DNA of 64,000 bases from an uncultured Acidobacteriota bacterium. Its GTDB lineage: Bacteria > Acidobacteriota > JAQAZP01. Below are positions 47,348-58,082 of this stretch, piece after piece (position 1 is the first letter of the stretch; each line of letters begins with the position of its first letter). Where the stretch lies: NCBI GenBank assembly GCA_963836075.1, contig CAWIIB010000001.1, forward strand, positions 256,001-320,000, given 5' to 3'. The translations under genes and the position numbers were made by a program. The notes under the pieces were generated by a model. It saw only the letters and a program-made list of their open reading frames with translations, made no database searches and was not told the origin of the DNA.

Positions 47348-48958
47348 CTACATCCGGAAGACGCCGAAATTATGGTCCGGGATCGGCGCGTTGAGCGACA
47401 TGGAGATGGCCAGGGCAAAAGCGGTCCTGGTGTCCAGCGGATCGATGATCCCGTCATCCCACAACCTGGCGCTGGCGTAGTACGCGCTGCCCTCGCGGGC
47501 GTAGCGCTCGAGGATCGGCGCCTTGAACTCCTTCTCCGTCTTCTCGTCCATCAGCGCCTCGCCGGCAGCACGCAACTGATCCTGCTTGATGGTGAACAGC
47601 ACGTCGGCCGCCTGTTCGCCGCCCATCACGGAGATCTTTGCCGTGGGCCACATCCAGAGCAGCCTCGGGAAATATCCGCGGCCGCACATGGCGTAGTTGC
47701 CGGCCCCGTGGGATCCCCCGACGATCAGGGTGAACCGGGGAACCTGGGCGGTGGCCACGGCGTGGACCATCTTGGCCCCGTCCTTGGCGATGCCGCCGTG
47801 CTCGTAGTCCTTGCCGACGATGAAACCGGTGATGTTCTGGAGAAAGATCAGCGGGATCTTGCGCACCGAGCAGAGGCTGACGAAGTGGGCGCCCTTTTGC
47901 GCGCTCTCCGAAAAGAGCACGCCGTTGTTGGCCAGGATGCCCACCGGGTAGCCCATGATGTGGGCGAAGCCGGTGACCAGGGTGGTGCCGTAATTTTCCT
48001 TGAATTCGTGGAAACGGCTGCCGTCCACCAGGCGGGCGATCACTTCGCGCATGTCGAACGGTTTGCGCAGGTCGCGGGGAATGACGCCCAGCAGTTCTTC
48101 GGCGTCGTAATACGGCTCTTCCGGTTCGACGATGTCCTGGAAAGTCTTGGGCTTCCGCGGTATGTTCTGGAAAATGTTTCGTGCCAGCTGCAGCGCGTGC
48201 TCGTCGTCCCGGGCGTAATGGTCGGACACGCCGGAGATGCGGGTGTGCACATCCGCCCCGCCCAGTTCCTCGGGCGTCACATCCATCCCGGTGGCCGCCT
48301 TGACCAGCGGTGGGCCGCCGATGAAAATCGTGCCCTGTTTCCTGACGATGATCGTCTCGTCGCTCATCGCCGGGACGTAGGCGCCGCCGGCGGTGCAGGA
48401 ACCCATGACGATGGAGATCTGCGGGATGGCCAGCGCGGACATCTGGGCCTGGTTGTAGAAGATCCGGCCGAAGTGGTCCTTGTCCGGAAAGACCTCCTCC
48501 TGCAGGGGCAGGAATACCCCACCGGAGTCAACGAGGTAGACGCAGGGCAGGTGGTTGTTCAGGGCAATTTCCTGGGCCCTGGCGTGTTTCTTGATCGAGA
48601 TGGGATAGTAGGAGCCGCCCTTCACCGTCGGATCGTTGGCCACCACCAGAACTTCCTGGCCGTGAACCGTGCCCACGCCAGTGATCACGCCTGCGGCGGA
48701 GGCCTCCTTGTCGTAGAGGTCATAGGCGGCGAACTGGCTGAACTCGAGAAAGGGGCTGTTGCGATCGAGAAGCTTCTCGATACGCTCACGTGCGGAGAGC
48801 TTGCCCCGGGCCTTCTGCCGCTCCCGCGCTTTCGGCGGACCTCCCGCCTTGATCACCGCCTGCCGCTGCTTGAACTCGGCGAGCTGCTTTTGGTAATGGG
48901 CCTTGTTATCCTTGAACTCGCTGGAACTGGTGTCGATCTTTGATTCGATTCGATACAT
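47348..48958 (-). CDS. Methylcrotonyl-CoA carboxylase beta (carboxyltransferase, LiuB-like)
   Basis: [44 protein letters not shown]. Confidence 0.92.
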   Translation of the reverse strand: MYRIESKIDTSSSEFKDNKAHYQKQLAEFKQRQAVIKAGGPPKARERQKARGKLSARERIEKLLDRNSPFLEFSQFAAYDLYDKEASAAGVITGVGTVHGQEVLVVANDPTVKGGSYYPISIKKHARAQEIALNNHLPCVYLVDSGGVFLPLQEEVFPDKDHFGRIFYNQAQMSALAIPQISIVMGSCTAGGAYVPAMSDETIIVRKQGTIFIGGPPLVKAATGMDVTPEELGGADVHTRISGVSDHYARDDEHALQLARNIFQNIPRKPKTFQDIVEPEEPYYDAEELLGVIPRDLRKPFDMREVIARLVDGSRFHEFKENYGTTLVTGFAHIMGYPVGILANNGVLFSESAQKGAHFVSLCSVRKIPLIFLQNITGFIVGKDYEHGGIAKDGAKMVHAVATAQVPRFTLIVGGSHGAGNYAMCGRGYFPRLLWMWPTAKISVMGGEQAADVLFTIKQDQLRAAGEALMDEKTEKEFKAPILERYAREGSAYYASARLWDDGIIDPLDTRTAFALAISMSLNAPIPDHNFGVFRM

Positions 48959-49035
48959 GGCTCGCTTTCAGGCGTCCGGAGTTGTATGGCCGTTCACCCG
49001 CGGCCACCAGGGAGCGGCCGCGGGCTGCGCGGGGA

Positions 49036-49428
49036 TCAGACCGGCACCCCCTTGTGTCCGTAGCAGATAATGCCCGCCTCGCCGTCGGCGGAGATCTTGC
49101 GGAACTCCAGCTTCACCCGCTGGCCGATGGCCAGGCCATCCGGGTCGCAGTCCACGATCTGGGCCATCATCCGTCCGCCGCCCTCGGTTTCCACCAGGCC
49201 GACGGCATAGGGCGCCTGGTCCACAAAGCGGCTGGGGGCCACGCGGATCACGGTGAAGGTGAGCAGTTTTCCTTCCAGGGGCAGGTTGACCTTCTCGAAG
49301 GTACGGCACTGGCATGCCGGGCAGATCAACCGCGGGGGATAGCAGATCTTGCCGCAGGCGGTACACTTGCCAGCTTCGAGACGGTAGAACTGCGGTCGCT
49401 CTCTCCAGTAGGCCGGCTGACTCTTCAT
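49036..49428 (-). CDS. DUF35 Zn-ribbon/OB-fold protein
   Basis: CTACG...PPR..CPAC followed by an OB fold; abuts the thiolase stop. Confidence 0.92.
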   Translation of the reverse strand: MKSQPAYWRERPQFYRLEAGKCTACGKICYPPRLICPACQCRTFEKVNLPLEGKLLTFTVIRVAPSRFVDQAPYAVGLVETEGGGRMMAQIVDCDPDGLAIGQRVKLEFRKISADGEAGIICYGHKGVPV

Positions 49429-50592
49429 CTATACACCCTCCAGAATGTGAACCACCGTGCTGCCGCCGCTGCCGCCCATGTTCTGGGCCAGGGCCAGGCG
49501 GGCTCCGGTGATCTGGCGTTCGTCGCATTCGCCGCGCAGTTGCTTGACCAGCTCGACGATCTGGGCCACGCCGGTGGCGCCCACCGGGTGTCCTTTCGAC
49601 TTCAGTCCGCCGCTGGGATTCACCGGAACGGGTCCGCCGATGGCGGTCTGGCCGGAGGCCACGGCCTCGGCACCCTTGCCCCGCTCGAAGTAGCCCAGGG
49701 CCTCGGTAACGCAGATCTCGGCGATGGTGAAGCAGTCATGGACCTCGGTGACCTGAATGTCGGATGGGGTACGACCGGCCATTTTAAAGGCGGCCGCCGC
49801 TGCCCGTTCGGTGGCGCCCAGCCAGGTCAGGTCGTCCCGGGAGTGCAGGGCGATGGTGTCGGTGGAGTGCCCGCTGCCGGTGACCTTCACCGCCGGGGAC
49901 TTCTTCTTCGACAGGTCGCCAACCATGGACATGGGGCAGAGAATGACCGCGGCCGCACCATCGGTGATCGGCGAGCAGTCGAGGATGTGCAGCGGGTCGG
50001 CCACCATCACCGAGTTGATCACCTGCTCCACCGTGACCTTGTGCGGGTACTGGGCGTAGGGGTTGTTCGACCCGTTGAGATGGTTCTTCACCGCCACCGC
50101 GGCCAGCTGCTCGCTGGTGGCGCCGTACTGGTCCATGTACGCCCGGGCGATCATGGCGTAGAGACCGGGGAAGGTGATTCCGTGGTAGCCCTCGTACGTC
50201 TGGTCGGCGGCGGTGGAGAGCGCGTAGGTCGCCTCGTCACCACCGATGTCGGTCATCTTTTCCACACCGCCAACCAGCACCACGTCGCTGATCCCGGAAG
50301 CCACCTCCATCCAGCCCTGCCGAAAAGCGAGCCCGCCGGAAGCGCAGGCCGATTCCACCCGCACCGCGGGCACCGGCCCGAGGCCCAGGTAGTCGGCCAT
50401 CAGCGAGCCCAGGTGCTCCTGGCCGTTGAACAGGCCGCCGGACATGCAGCCGATATACAGGGAGTCAATGCGGTCCACGCCGGCATCGTCGATGGCATTC
50501 AAGGCCGCCTCGACATAGATGTCGCGCAGGGATTTTTCCCAGAGCTCCCCCCATTTCATCATTCCAACACCGATGACGGCAACATCCCTCAT
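49429..50592 (-). CDS. Archaeal-type acetyl-CoA acetyltransferase (thiolase)
   Basis: [34 protein letters not shown]. Confidence 0.9.
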   Translation of the reverse strand: MRDVAVIGVGMMKWGELWEKSLRDIYVEAALNAIDDAGVDRIDSLYIGCMSGGLFNGQEHLGSLMADYLGLGPVPAVRVESACASGGLAFRQGWMEVASGISDVVLVGGVEKMTDIGGDEATYALSTAADQTYEGYHGITFPGLYAMIARAYMDQYGATSEQLAAVAVKNHLNGSNNPYAQYPHKVTVEQVINSVMVADPLHILDCSPITDGAAAVILCPMSMVGDLSKKKSPAVKVTGSGHSTDTIALHSRDDLTWLGATERAAAAAFKMAGRTPSDIQVTEVHDCFTIAEICVTEALGYFERGKGAEAVASGQTAIGGPVPVNPSGGLKSKGHPVGATGVAQIVELVKQLRGECDERQITGARLALAQNMGGSGGSTVVHILEGV

Positions 50593-50611
50593 CGTTTGGT
50601 TCCCTCCTTGG

Positions 50612-51664
50612 TTATTCGGCCATCCGGATCTTGCCCCGGCACTTGGCGTAGGCCCCGTATTCCAGGTAGCGTTTGTCGTTGTCCAGCATCACCCGGGTTT
50701 TGCCGGTCAGGTCGCGGACCTCGTCGATGCGGTCGGTCACCGTCCAGACAAAGGCATCGCTGCCGGAGCCGGATCCGTAGGAGACCATCAGGATCTTGTC
50801 CCCGGGCTTGGCCACGTCCAGGGTGGCGGTGAGGCCGATGGGGGAGGCGCCGGAATAGGTGTTGCCCAGCCACGGCGAGAGCCAGCCCGGCTCCATCTGC
50901 TCGTCGGTGAAGCCGAGCATCCGGCCCGCCCGCTGGGGAAATTTGCCGTTGGGCTGGTGAAACACCGCGTAGGTGAAATCTTCGGGTTTCATCCCCGACT
51001 TCTCGAGGATGGCATTGGCCGCGCCCAGGGTGTGGCTGAAGTAGGCCGGCTCACCGGTGAACCGCCCGGCATGGCGCGGGTAGTGCATGTACTCGCGGCG
51101 CCAGAAATCGGGGGTATCGGTCATGAACGAGTCGGTGAAGTTGCAGACGGCAACCAGGTCGGTGTTGCCCATGATGAAGGCGGCGGCTCCGGCAGCCGCC
51201 GAGTACTCCAGGGCGTCGCCGGGGGCTCCCTGGGACGTGTCGGCACCGATGCCCAAAGCGTACTTCACCTCGCCGGCCTTGACCAGGCTCATGGCAACGA
51301 ACATCCCTTCCGACCCGGCCTTGCAGGCGAATTCCATGTCGGCGCAGTGGATGCCCGGTGTGGCGCCGAGGGCTTCGGCCACTACGGTGCCGCTGGGCTT
51401 GACCGCGTAGGGGTGTGATTCAGATCCGATGTAGATCGCGCCGATGTCCTGTGGGTCAACGCCGCCCGAGCGTTTGAGCGCTCTCCGGCCGGCCTCCACC
51501 GACATGGAAATCACGTCCTGGTCAGGGGCCGGAACCGATTTCTCGTAGAGCATCAGTCCTTTCTTGTAGCTCGGAGCGTCGGCCCCCCAGACCTTGGCAA
51601 TCTCCTCGACCTTGATACGTTGCCGGGGGATTGATGACCCGTATCCCACAATTCCAACTTCCAT
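50612..51664 (-). CDS. Archaeal-type hydroxymethylglutaryl-CoA synthase
   Basis: [20 protein letters not shown] (catalytic Cys), [23 protein letters not shown]. Confidence 0.93.
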   Translation of the reverse strand: MEVGIVGYGSSIPRQRIKVEEIAKVWGADAPSYKKGLMLYEKSVPAPDQDVISMSVEAGRRALKRSGGVDPQDIGAIYIGSESHPYAVKPSGTVVAEALGATPGIHCADMEFACKAGSEGMFVAMSLVKAGEVKYALGIGADTSQGAPGDALEYSAAAGAAAFIMGNTDLVAVCNFTDSFMTDTPDFWRREYMHYPRHAGRFTGEPAYFSHTLGAANAILEKSGMKPEDFTYAVFHQPNGKFPQRAGRMLGFTDEQMEPGWLSPWLGNTYSGASPIGLTATLDVAKPGDKILMVSYGSGSGSDAFVWTVTDRIDEVRDLTGKTRVMLDNDKRYLEYGAYAKCRGKIRMAE

Positions 51665-51735
51665 CGGATCTCCTCCTTGGGCCGCCGTGGCGGCCGGGCT
51701 CAAACCGGCGGTCTTTGCCCGCCGGCGGATTTCGA

Positions 51736-52878
51736 TCAGTCACTCATCAGGGCGCGTGAAATGACGATGCGCTGGATCTCCGAGGTGCCCTCGTAAATCG
51801 TGGTCACCCGTGCATCGCGGAAAAATCTCTCCACCGGGTATTCGCGGGAATAGCCGTAGGCCCCGAAAATCTGCAGGGCGTTGGAGGTGACGCGGTTTGC
51901 CATTTCAGAACAGAAGAGCTTGGCCATGGACGCTTCCTTGCCGTGTTTTTCCCCGCGGTCCTTGCGCAGGGCGGCGCGGAGCATCAGCAGGTTGCCGGCT
52001 TCAATTTCGGTGGCGGCATCGGCCAGCATGAACTGCACCGCCTGGTGCTGGGCCAGCTGGCGGCCGAAGGTTTCCCGTTCCCGGGAATAGGCCAGCGCCT
52101 CCTCGAAGGCGCCCCGGGCCATGCCGATGCACTGGGCCGCCACTCCGATCCGGGCGCCGTCGAGGGTGGAGAGCGCGATCTTCAGCCCCATGCCCTCTTC
52201 GCCCAGCAGGTTCTCCTGGGGTACGAAGCAGTCCTCGAGGATGATCTCCGTGGTCATGGAGCTCTTCAGTCCCATCTTCTCTTCGGCCTTGCCGAAACGG
52301 AACCCCTTCATCGACGGGTCGAGGATGAACGCCGACAGCCGTTTGGAGCCGGATTCGGGCGCGGTGACCAGCAGCACCACGAAGGCCTGGCCCACCAGCC
52401 CATTGGTCACCCAGGATTTGACCCCGTTACAGGTATAGCCGCCGTCGGTTTTTTCAGCCTTGGCCTGCAGCGCCGAAGCGTCGGAACCGGTGCCCGGCTC
52501 GGTGAGCGCGAACCCGCCGATATAGTTTCCGGCGGCCGACGGTTCAAGATATTTGCGCTTCTGCTCTTCGCTGCCGAAGTTGATCAGCGGCCCGCAAAAG
52601 ACCGAGTTGGTCACGCTGACCGTGATGGCGGTCGAGGGGCAGACCGCGGCCAGTTCCCGGATGGCCAGACACGAACTGACCATGTCCAGCCCTGCGCCGC
52701 TGAAGGTATCCGGGACCATCATGCCCAGCAACCCCAGCTCCCCGAGCTTGTTGATGATCTGGTGCGGGAACTCTCCCTGCGGCTCGTAGTCCTTCACCGC
52801 CGGCGCGATTTCGCTCTGGCCGAAATCACGGACCATCTCCATCACCATTTGCTGTTCTTCGGTCATCTGAAATTCCAC
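51736..52878 (-). CDS. Acyl-CoA dehydrogenase (short/branched chain)
   Basis: FALTEPGTGSD, NGVKSWVTNG, GAYGY, IYEGTSEIQ; GTG start at 52878 after AAGGAGG. Confidence 0.92.
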   Translation of the reverse strand: MEFQMTEEQQMVMEMVRDFGQSEIAPAVKDYEPQGEFPHQIINKLGELGLLGMMVPDTFSGAGLDMVSSCLAIRELAAVCPSTAITVSVTNSVFCGPLINFGSEEQKRKYLEPSAAGNYIGGFALTEPGTGSDASALQAKAEKTDGGYTCNGVKSWVTNGLVGQAFVVLLVTAPESGSKRLSAFILDPSMKGFRFGKAEEKMGLKSSMTTEIILEDCFVPQENLLGEEGMGLKIALSTLDGARIGVAAQCIGMARGAFEEALAYSRERETFGRQLAQHQAVQFMLADAATEIEAGNLLMLRAALRKDRGEKHGKEASMAKLFCSEMANRVTSNALQIFGAYGYSREYPVERFFRDARVTTIYEGTSEIQRIVISRALMSD

Positions 52879-53083
52879 AACCAGTTCCTCCTTCGCCCGG
52901 CGGTGGCAGCGTCGACACCATGAGCGTGATCGTGGGCTGATGTCTCCGGGACCCGGAATCGATCCGGTGCACCGACTACTAAAAGACCGCGGAGGGGGCG
53001 CGGGCCGGTAAAGCACACCGGCTGCACCGCGCCGTCTTTCCGAAGGGTCTCGGCAGGCCGCTGGGCCGCGGGTGATGCGGCGC

Positions 53084-53359
53084 TCAGTTGTTGATCAGTT
53101 CCTTGAGCTCCTTGCCCGGCTTGAAATACGGAATCTTCTTCGCCGGCACATCAACCTGCTCACCGGTCTTCGGGTTGCGGCCCTTGCGCGATCCGCGCTG
53201 GCGGATGCGGAAGCTGCCGAATCCCCGGAGTTCGATTTTTTCGCCCTGTTTCAGAGCGTCGATGATGCTGTGGAAGACAGTGTTGACGATGACTTCCGAA
53301 TGCTTCTTCGTCAGTTCCGACGCCTTTGACACTTCTTCCACGAGTTCGGCCTTGGTCAT
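53084..53359 (-). CDS. ihfB: Integration host factor beta subunit
   Basis: MTKAEL, IELRGFGSF, GRNPKTGE, FKPGKEL; rpsA-sppA-ihfB synteny. Confidence 0.88.
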   Translation of the reverse strand: MTKAELVEEVSKASELTKKHSEVIVNTVFHSIIDALKQGEKIELRGFGSFRIRQRGSRKGRNPKTGEQVDVPAKKIPYFKPGKELKELINN

Positions 53360-53468
53360 GAGTCTTCTCCTTCCCTTTCGGAGGCAATGACCATTTAGTA
53401 GAACAGGAAAAATACCAGATAACGGAAACTCTGATCCCCGGCAACCCCCGGGACCGGCCAGGGCGGCG

Positions 53469-54434
53469 TTACGGAGCCGCCAGCCGCCGTGGCGCTTGCC
53501 AGATATAGTGATATCCATCGCCGGCCCCGGCGATCCCCCGGTTATCCGAGAGGCCCTGGGCCAGGCGTTCGAGCACATACCCTTCCAACAGGTCGAAAAT
53601 GTTGAGCGGCCGGTCGCGTCGTTTTCTCAGTAACTGGTGATCCTCGTCCAGACCAGCCAGCTGGGCCGCCCGTTCCACGGCGTCGGACAGGTTGCCGATC
53701 TCGTCGATCAGCTCCAGCTCCAGGGCCCGGTGGCCGGTGACCACGCTCCCGTCGCCCAGCTGCAGGACGTCGTCCACCGCCAGGCCGCGGGACTGGGCCA
53801 CCGCGTCGACGAACTGACCGTGAAGCTCGTCCACCAGGGCCTGGTGATACGCCAGCTCCCCGGCGGTCATCTCGCGGGCCGGGTTCCCGGCGTCTTTCAG
53901 TTCACCGCTCTTGACCACCACGTTCTTCAGCATGGCCCAGCGCAGCAGTTCGTCGTACTGGGTCCAGGAGGCGATGACGCCGATGCTGCCGGTGATCGTC
54001 CCGGGGCTGGCCACGATCAGGTCCGACCCGCAGGCGATATAGTAAGCCCCCGAAGCGGCCACGTTTCCCATCGAGGTGAGGATCACCAGGCCGTCCCGCT
54101 CCCTGATCTTCTGCAGTTCGCGATAGACCTCCTGGGCCGCCACCACCGATCCACCGGGGCTGTCGATACGCAGCACCAGCGCGTGAACGTCTGAACGGCC
54201 CACCAGGTCATCCAGCTGCTGGATGATCGGGGCCGAGGAGTAAATGGGTCCGGTGATCTCCACCAGGCCGATCTTCTCCCGGCCAGGAAAACTGAAGCCG
54301 TCGGCCCTGAAACTGCCGCTCACTGCAAACCAGACCAGGAAGACGCAGAAAGCGAAAAAGGACGTAAAGATCCCCGCGGCCATGAGCCAGAGAATCCAGG
54401 CGCCCTTTTTCCGTTCCTTCTTATCCTCAGGCAT
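53469..54434 (-). CDS. sppA: Signal peptide peptidase SppA (36K type)
   Basis: IDSPGG, AASGAYY, TGSIGV, KSG.LKD. Confidence 0.93.
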   Translation of the reverse strand: MPEDKKERKKGAWILWLMAAGIFTSFFAFCVFLVWFAVSGSFRADGFSFPGREKIGLVEITGPIYSSAPIIQQLDDLVGRSDVHALVLRIDSPGGSVVAAQEVYRELQKIRERDGLVILTSMGNVAASGAYYIACGSDLIVASPGTITGSIGVIASWTQYDELLRWAMLKNVVVKSGELKDAGNPAREMTAGELAYHQALVDELHGQFVDAVAQSRGLAVDDVLQLGDGSVVTGHRALELELIDEIGNLSDAVERAAQLAGLDEDHQLLRKRRDRPLNIFDLLEGYVLERLAQGLSDNRGIAGAGDGYHYIWQAPRRLAAP

Positions 54435-54488
54435 ACCGTCCCTGGTCGGCCGCCGCCCCACGCCGGCGCGGAGCGGCGGTCAGCGACA

Positions 54489-56490
54489 TCAGTCGTCTTT
54501 TTCTTCGGCCTCCTCCGCCTCTTCCACGGGTTCTTCGGCAGCGGCTTCCGGCTCCACGGCGTCCACAACCTGCTCCACGGCGTGCCTCAGTTTCTTCCGC
54601 GGCCGCCTCGGCTTCCGCCTTGGACTCTGAGATGTGCGAACGGAGCTTGGACAGTTCCTTGCCCACCACGTCGCCGAGGGCGATGGCGCCCTCGCTGGAG
54701 TCGTGCATGTAGCTGCTGACCACGTCCTCCTCGGACTCCATCTGGACCGCCTTGACACTGAGCCCGATCTTCTTTTCCGCCGGCTCCATCTTGACGATTT
54801 TCATGTCCAGCGAGTCGCCCACGGAGAACTTGTCCTCGGGCCGCTCCACGCGGTCCTTGTCCAGCTCGGAGACGTGCACCAGGCCCTCGACGCCTTCCCG
54901 CAGTTCGACGAATACGCCAAAGTCGGTGATGCGCACGATGCGGCCCTGGATCCGGTCGCCCACCTGGAACTCGTTGAAGAAACCGTCCCAGGCATTGGGC
55001 TGCAGCTGCTTGATGCCCAGGCTAAGCCGCTGGTTATCGGTGTCGATGTTGAGAATCACGGCATCGGCCATGTCGCCCTTCTTGAGAATTTCGGAGGGGT
55101 GTTTGATCCGGCGGGTCCAGGACATATCGGAAATATGCACCAGGCCGTCGATCCCTTCCTCCACCTCGATAAAGGCCCCGAAATCGGTGAGGTTGCGCAC
55201 CCGGCCGGTGATAATCGACCCGATGGCGTATTTGTCCTGAATCAGCTCCCAGGGGTTGGGTTCGGTCTGCTTGAGGCCGAGGGAGATCCGGCGCGCCCGG
55301 GGGTCGATGTCCAATACCATGGTCTCGACGATGTCACCGATGGCCACCACCTTGGAGGGGTGCTTGACCCGCTTGGTCCACGACATTTCGGAAACGTGGA
55401 TCAGGCCTTCGATGCCGACTTCCAGCTCGACGAAAGCGCCGTAATCGGTGAGGCTGACCACCTTGCCGCGCACCCTGGATCCCACCGGGTATTTCTCTTC
55501 GGCACTCTCCCAGGGGTCGGGGGTTTTCTGCTTGTAGCCCAGGGACACCCGCTCGCGTTCGCGGTCGAACTTGAGCACCACCACCTCCACCTCGTCGCCG
55601 ACAATGAACAGCTCCGAGGGGTGGCTGACGCGGCCCCAGGACATGTCGGTGATGTGCAGCAGGCCGTCCAGGCCGCCGAGGTCGATGAAGGCGCCGTACT
55701 CGGTGATGTTCTTCACCATCCCCTTGATCATCTTGCCTTCCTCGAGGGAGGCCAGGGTGTCGGTCTTCTTGATCGCGTTCTCCTCCTCGAGCACGATCTT
55801 GCGCGAAAGGACGATGTTGCCGCGGCGTTTGTTGAGCTTGATGATCTTCATCCGGAATTCCTGGCCGCGGAGGCTCTCCAGGTTGCGCACGGGACGCACG
55901 TCCACCTGGGAACCGGGGAGGAAGGCCCGGATGCCGATATCCACGGCCAGACCACCCTTGATCCTCTCGATCACCCGGCCGGTGATCACCTCGTCCTGCT
56001 TGTAGGCCACTTCGATGGTCTTCCAGACCTTCATCCGCTCGGCCTTCTCCTTGGAGAGGACCACGTATCCGTCCTGGTTCTCGGTGCGCTCGAGGAGCAC
56101 TTCCACGTCGTCTCCGACCTCGATCATCACCTTGCCGGATTCGTTGACAAACTCAAAAATGTCAATGACGCCTTCGGACTTGTAGCCGATGTCGACCATC
56201 ACTTCCTGGTCGGTGATTTTCAACACCTTGCCGGGAACCACCTCGCCCTCGGCGAGATTCTTGAAACTCTGGTCGTAGAAGGCCAGCAGCTTCTCGTAGT
56301 CCTCGGTGGTCTCCAGATCGGTGTCTCCGATCTGATCATTGATGAAGTCCTCGAGCTTCTCCTTGGTTTCTTTTTTAGGTTTTTCGGGGGTGGAGCTATC
56401 CACCGCCGCAGTGTCCTCGCCGTTGGTGTCCGGCGTGGGCAGGTTTTCGGCATCCTGTGCCTGGTTTGGTTGATGGTTAAGAGTTTCCAT
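54489..56490 (-). CDS. rpsA: 30S ribosomal protein S1 (probable frameshift in the acidic tail near 54582)
   Basis: Six S1 repeats (YGAFIDLGG.DGLLH, FGAFIEV..GIDGLVH). The ORF-track frame ends at 54427; an alternative acidic tail ends at 54489. Confidence 0.95.
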
Positions 56491-56585
56491 TTGCGGGCAT
56501 GCGCCTCCTTCACTCAGTTGATTTTTGCGAAAACAGCCACTGCGGCTGTTCTCATGACGGAACCGGGGGAAAATCCACCCGTCCG

Positions 56586-57203
56586 TCACCTCAGGTCGTA
56601 TATCTGCTGCAGCACCTGGTTGGTGAACTGCAGGTAGACCTCTTTTCTTCCGTGTCCCGCCGGCTCCGGTCCGCCAAAGTCCGGAGGGGCCAGCGGTTGG
56701 CCAAAGATCACCTTGACCCGGCCCGGCCGGGGAAAGGTCTTTCCCGGCGGCAGAACCAGGTCACTGCCGATGATTCTGGAGGGAATCACCGGCGACCCGG
56801 CCCTGGACGCCACCATCGCCATCCCCGGCTTGGCCTTCCCCTTCCGGTCAGGACCGTGAGATCTCGACCCCTCGGGAAAAAAGACCAATCCCAGACCGAT
56901 CTTCAGGAAGTGAAGAGCGTGCTGGATGGCGTCGCGGTCGTTGGCTCCCCGCCGAACGGGAAAGGCGTTCACCTTTCTCAGCAGAAAAGCCCCGAACCGG
57001 TTGCGGAACAGTTCGGCCTTGGCAAAAAAGGCCAGATCTCTCCTGGTGGCCACACCCAGGAGAAATGGATCGAGGTTGCTCTGGTGGTTGGAGGCGAAGA
57101 TAAAAGACCCTTCCGCAGGGACGTTTTCGGCGCCTTTCACCTCAAGCCTGACAAAGAGCTTGAACACAAGAACGGCGAGCAATTTGCCGATGCTGTAAAA
57201 CAA
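56586..57203 (-). CDS. plsC: 1-acyl-sn-glycerol-3-phosphate acyltransferase (PlsC family)
   Basis: NHQSNLD, FAKAELF, FPEGSRS; start probably the TTG at 57203, downstream of the promoter. Confidence 0.88.
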   Translation of the reverse strand: MFYSIGKLLAVLVFKLFVRLEVKGAENVPAEGSFIFASNHQSNLDPFLLGVATRRDLAFFAKAELFRNRFGAFLLRKVNAFPVRRGANDRDAIQHALHFLKIGLGLVFFPEGSRSHGPDRKGKAKPGMAMVASRAGSPVIPSRIIGSDLVLPPGKTFPRPGRVKVIFGQPLAPPDFGGPEPAGHGRKEVYLQFTNQVLQQIYDLR

Positions 57204-57242
57204 CCGTCGAACACCCGAACCTTTCCAAGCGAAACGCGGCGA

Positions 57243-57271
57243 ATTATATAGGAGGCCCAAAACCTTGTCAA
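57243..57271 (-). promoter_or_regulatory. Consensus sigma70 promoter for plsC-rpsA-sppA-ihfB
   Basis: Perfect TTGACA-17bp-TATAAT on the minus strand. Confidence 0.88.
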
Positions 57272-57341
57272 GTCAAACCCATACTATTTCAATAAATTGA
57301 CAGCATCCGGACCGTGCGGCGGGGGACCGGAAAAAAGTCAC

Positions 57342-58076
57342 TCAGCAGAGCAGCCGGTGCATTTTCCATATCATGTAATCCACCACCTGTTCAGGGTCCA
57401 TGTCGCCGGAATCGACCAGGAGGGCGTCCGGGGTGCGGAGCAGCGGGGAGTCGTTACGGCTGCTGTCATCATGATCCCGTTCGGCCAGCTGGGCCCGGAC
57501 CTCGTCCAGCGGCAGGTTTTCCCCCCGTTCGGCCAGTTCCCGCCATCGTCTTTCGGCCCGGATCTTCAGCCCGGTATCGAGGTAGAATTTGACCTGGGCC
57601 CCGGGAAAGACCCTGCTGCCGATGTCCCGTCCGTCCATCACCACCCGGCCCCGGGTTCCGGTCTGCTGCTGAATGGCCACCAGGCGCCGGCGAACCGCCG
57701 GGATGGCCGATACCGCCGAGGCCAGCCGGCCGATATCGGCGGTGCCGATGAGGTTGCTGACATCGGTGCCGTCCACCAGGATTCGGGCTCCGCTCTCCCC
57801 CTCCGGCGGGAGGTAGAGGATTTCCATCCGGTCCACGGCCGCGGCCACCAGGTCCGGCTGCCCCACCGCAATGTCAAGTTCACGGAGCCGCCAGGCGGCG
57901 GCGCGATACATCGCCCCGGAGTTGATGTAGAGATACCCCAGGCGCCGGGCCAGGAGTTGTCCGGCTGTGCTTTTGCCGGAAGCGGAAGGTCCGTCGATGG
58001 CCACCACCAGGTCGAGAGCGCCCAGTGCCGCGGCCATCCGCGCCGTCTCCGCTGCTGTGGGCCGAATGTCGACCAT
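57342..58076 (-). CDS. cmk: Cytidylate kinase
   Basis: AIDGPSASGKST, SGAMYRA, MDGRDIG..VFP.A, RD..D..R..SPL. Confidence 0.95.
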   Translation of the reverse strand: MVDIRPTAAETARMAAALGALDLVVAIDGPSASGKSTAGQLLARRLGYLYINSGAMYRAAAWRLRELDIAVGQPDLVAAAVDRMEILYLPPEGESGARILVDGTDVSNLIGTADIGRLASAVSAIPAVRRRLVAIQQQTGTRGRVVMDGRDIGSRVFPGAQVKFYLDTGLKIRAERRWRELAERGENLPLDEVRAQLAERDHDDSSRNDSPLLRTPDALLVDSGDMDPEQVVDYMIWKMHRLLC

Positions 58077-58082
58077 GGCGCT

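Noticed and set aside
49036-51664. PhlABC-type (diacetylphloroglucinol) acetyltransferase cluster
   Set aside because: The HMGS keeps its catalytic Glu/Cys/His motifs, no type III PKS (phlD) is present, and the context is liu-like.
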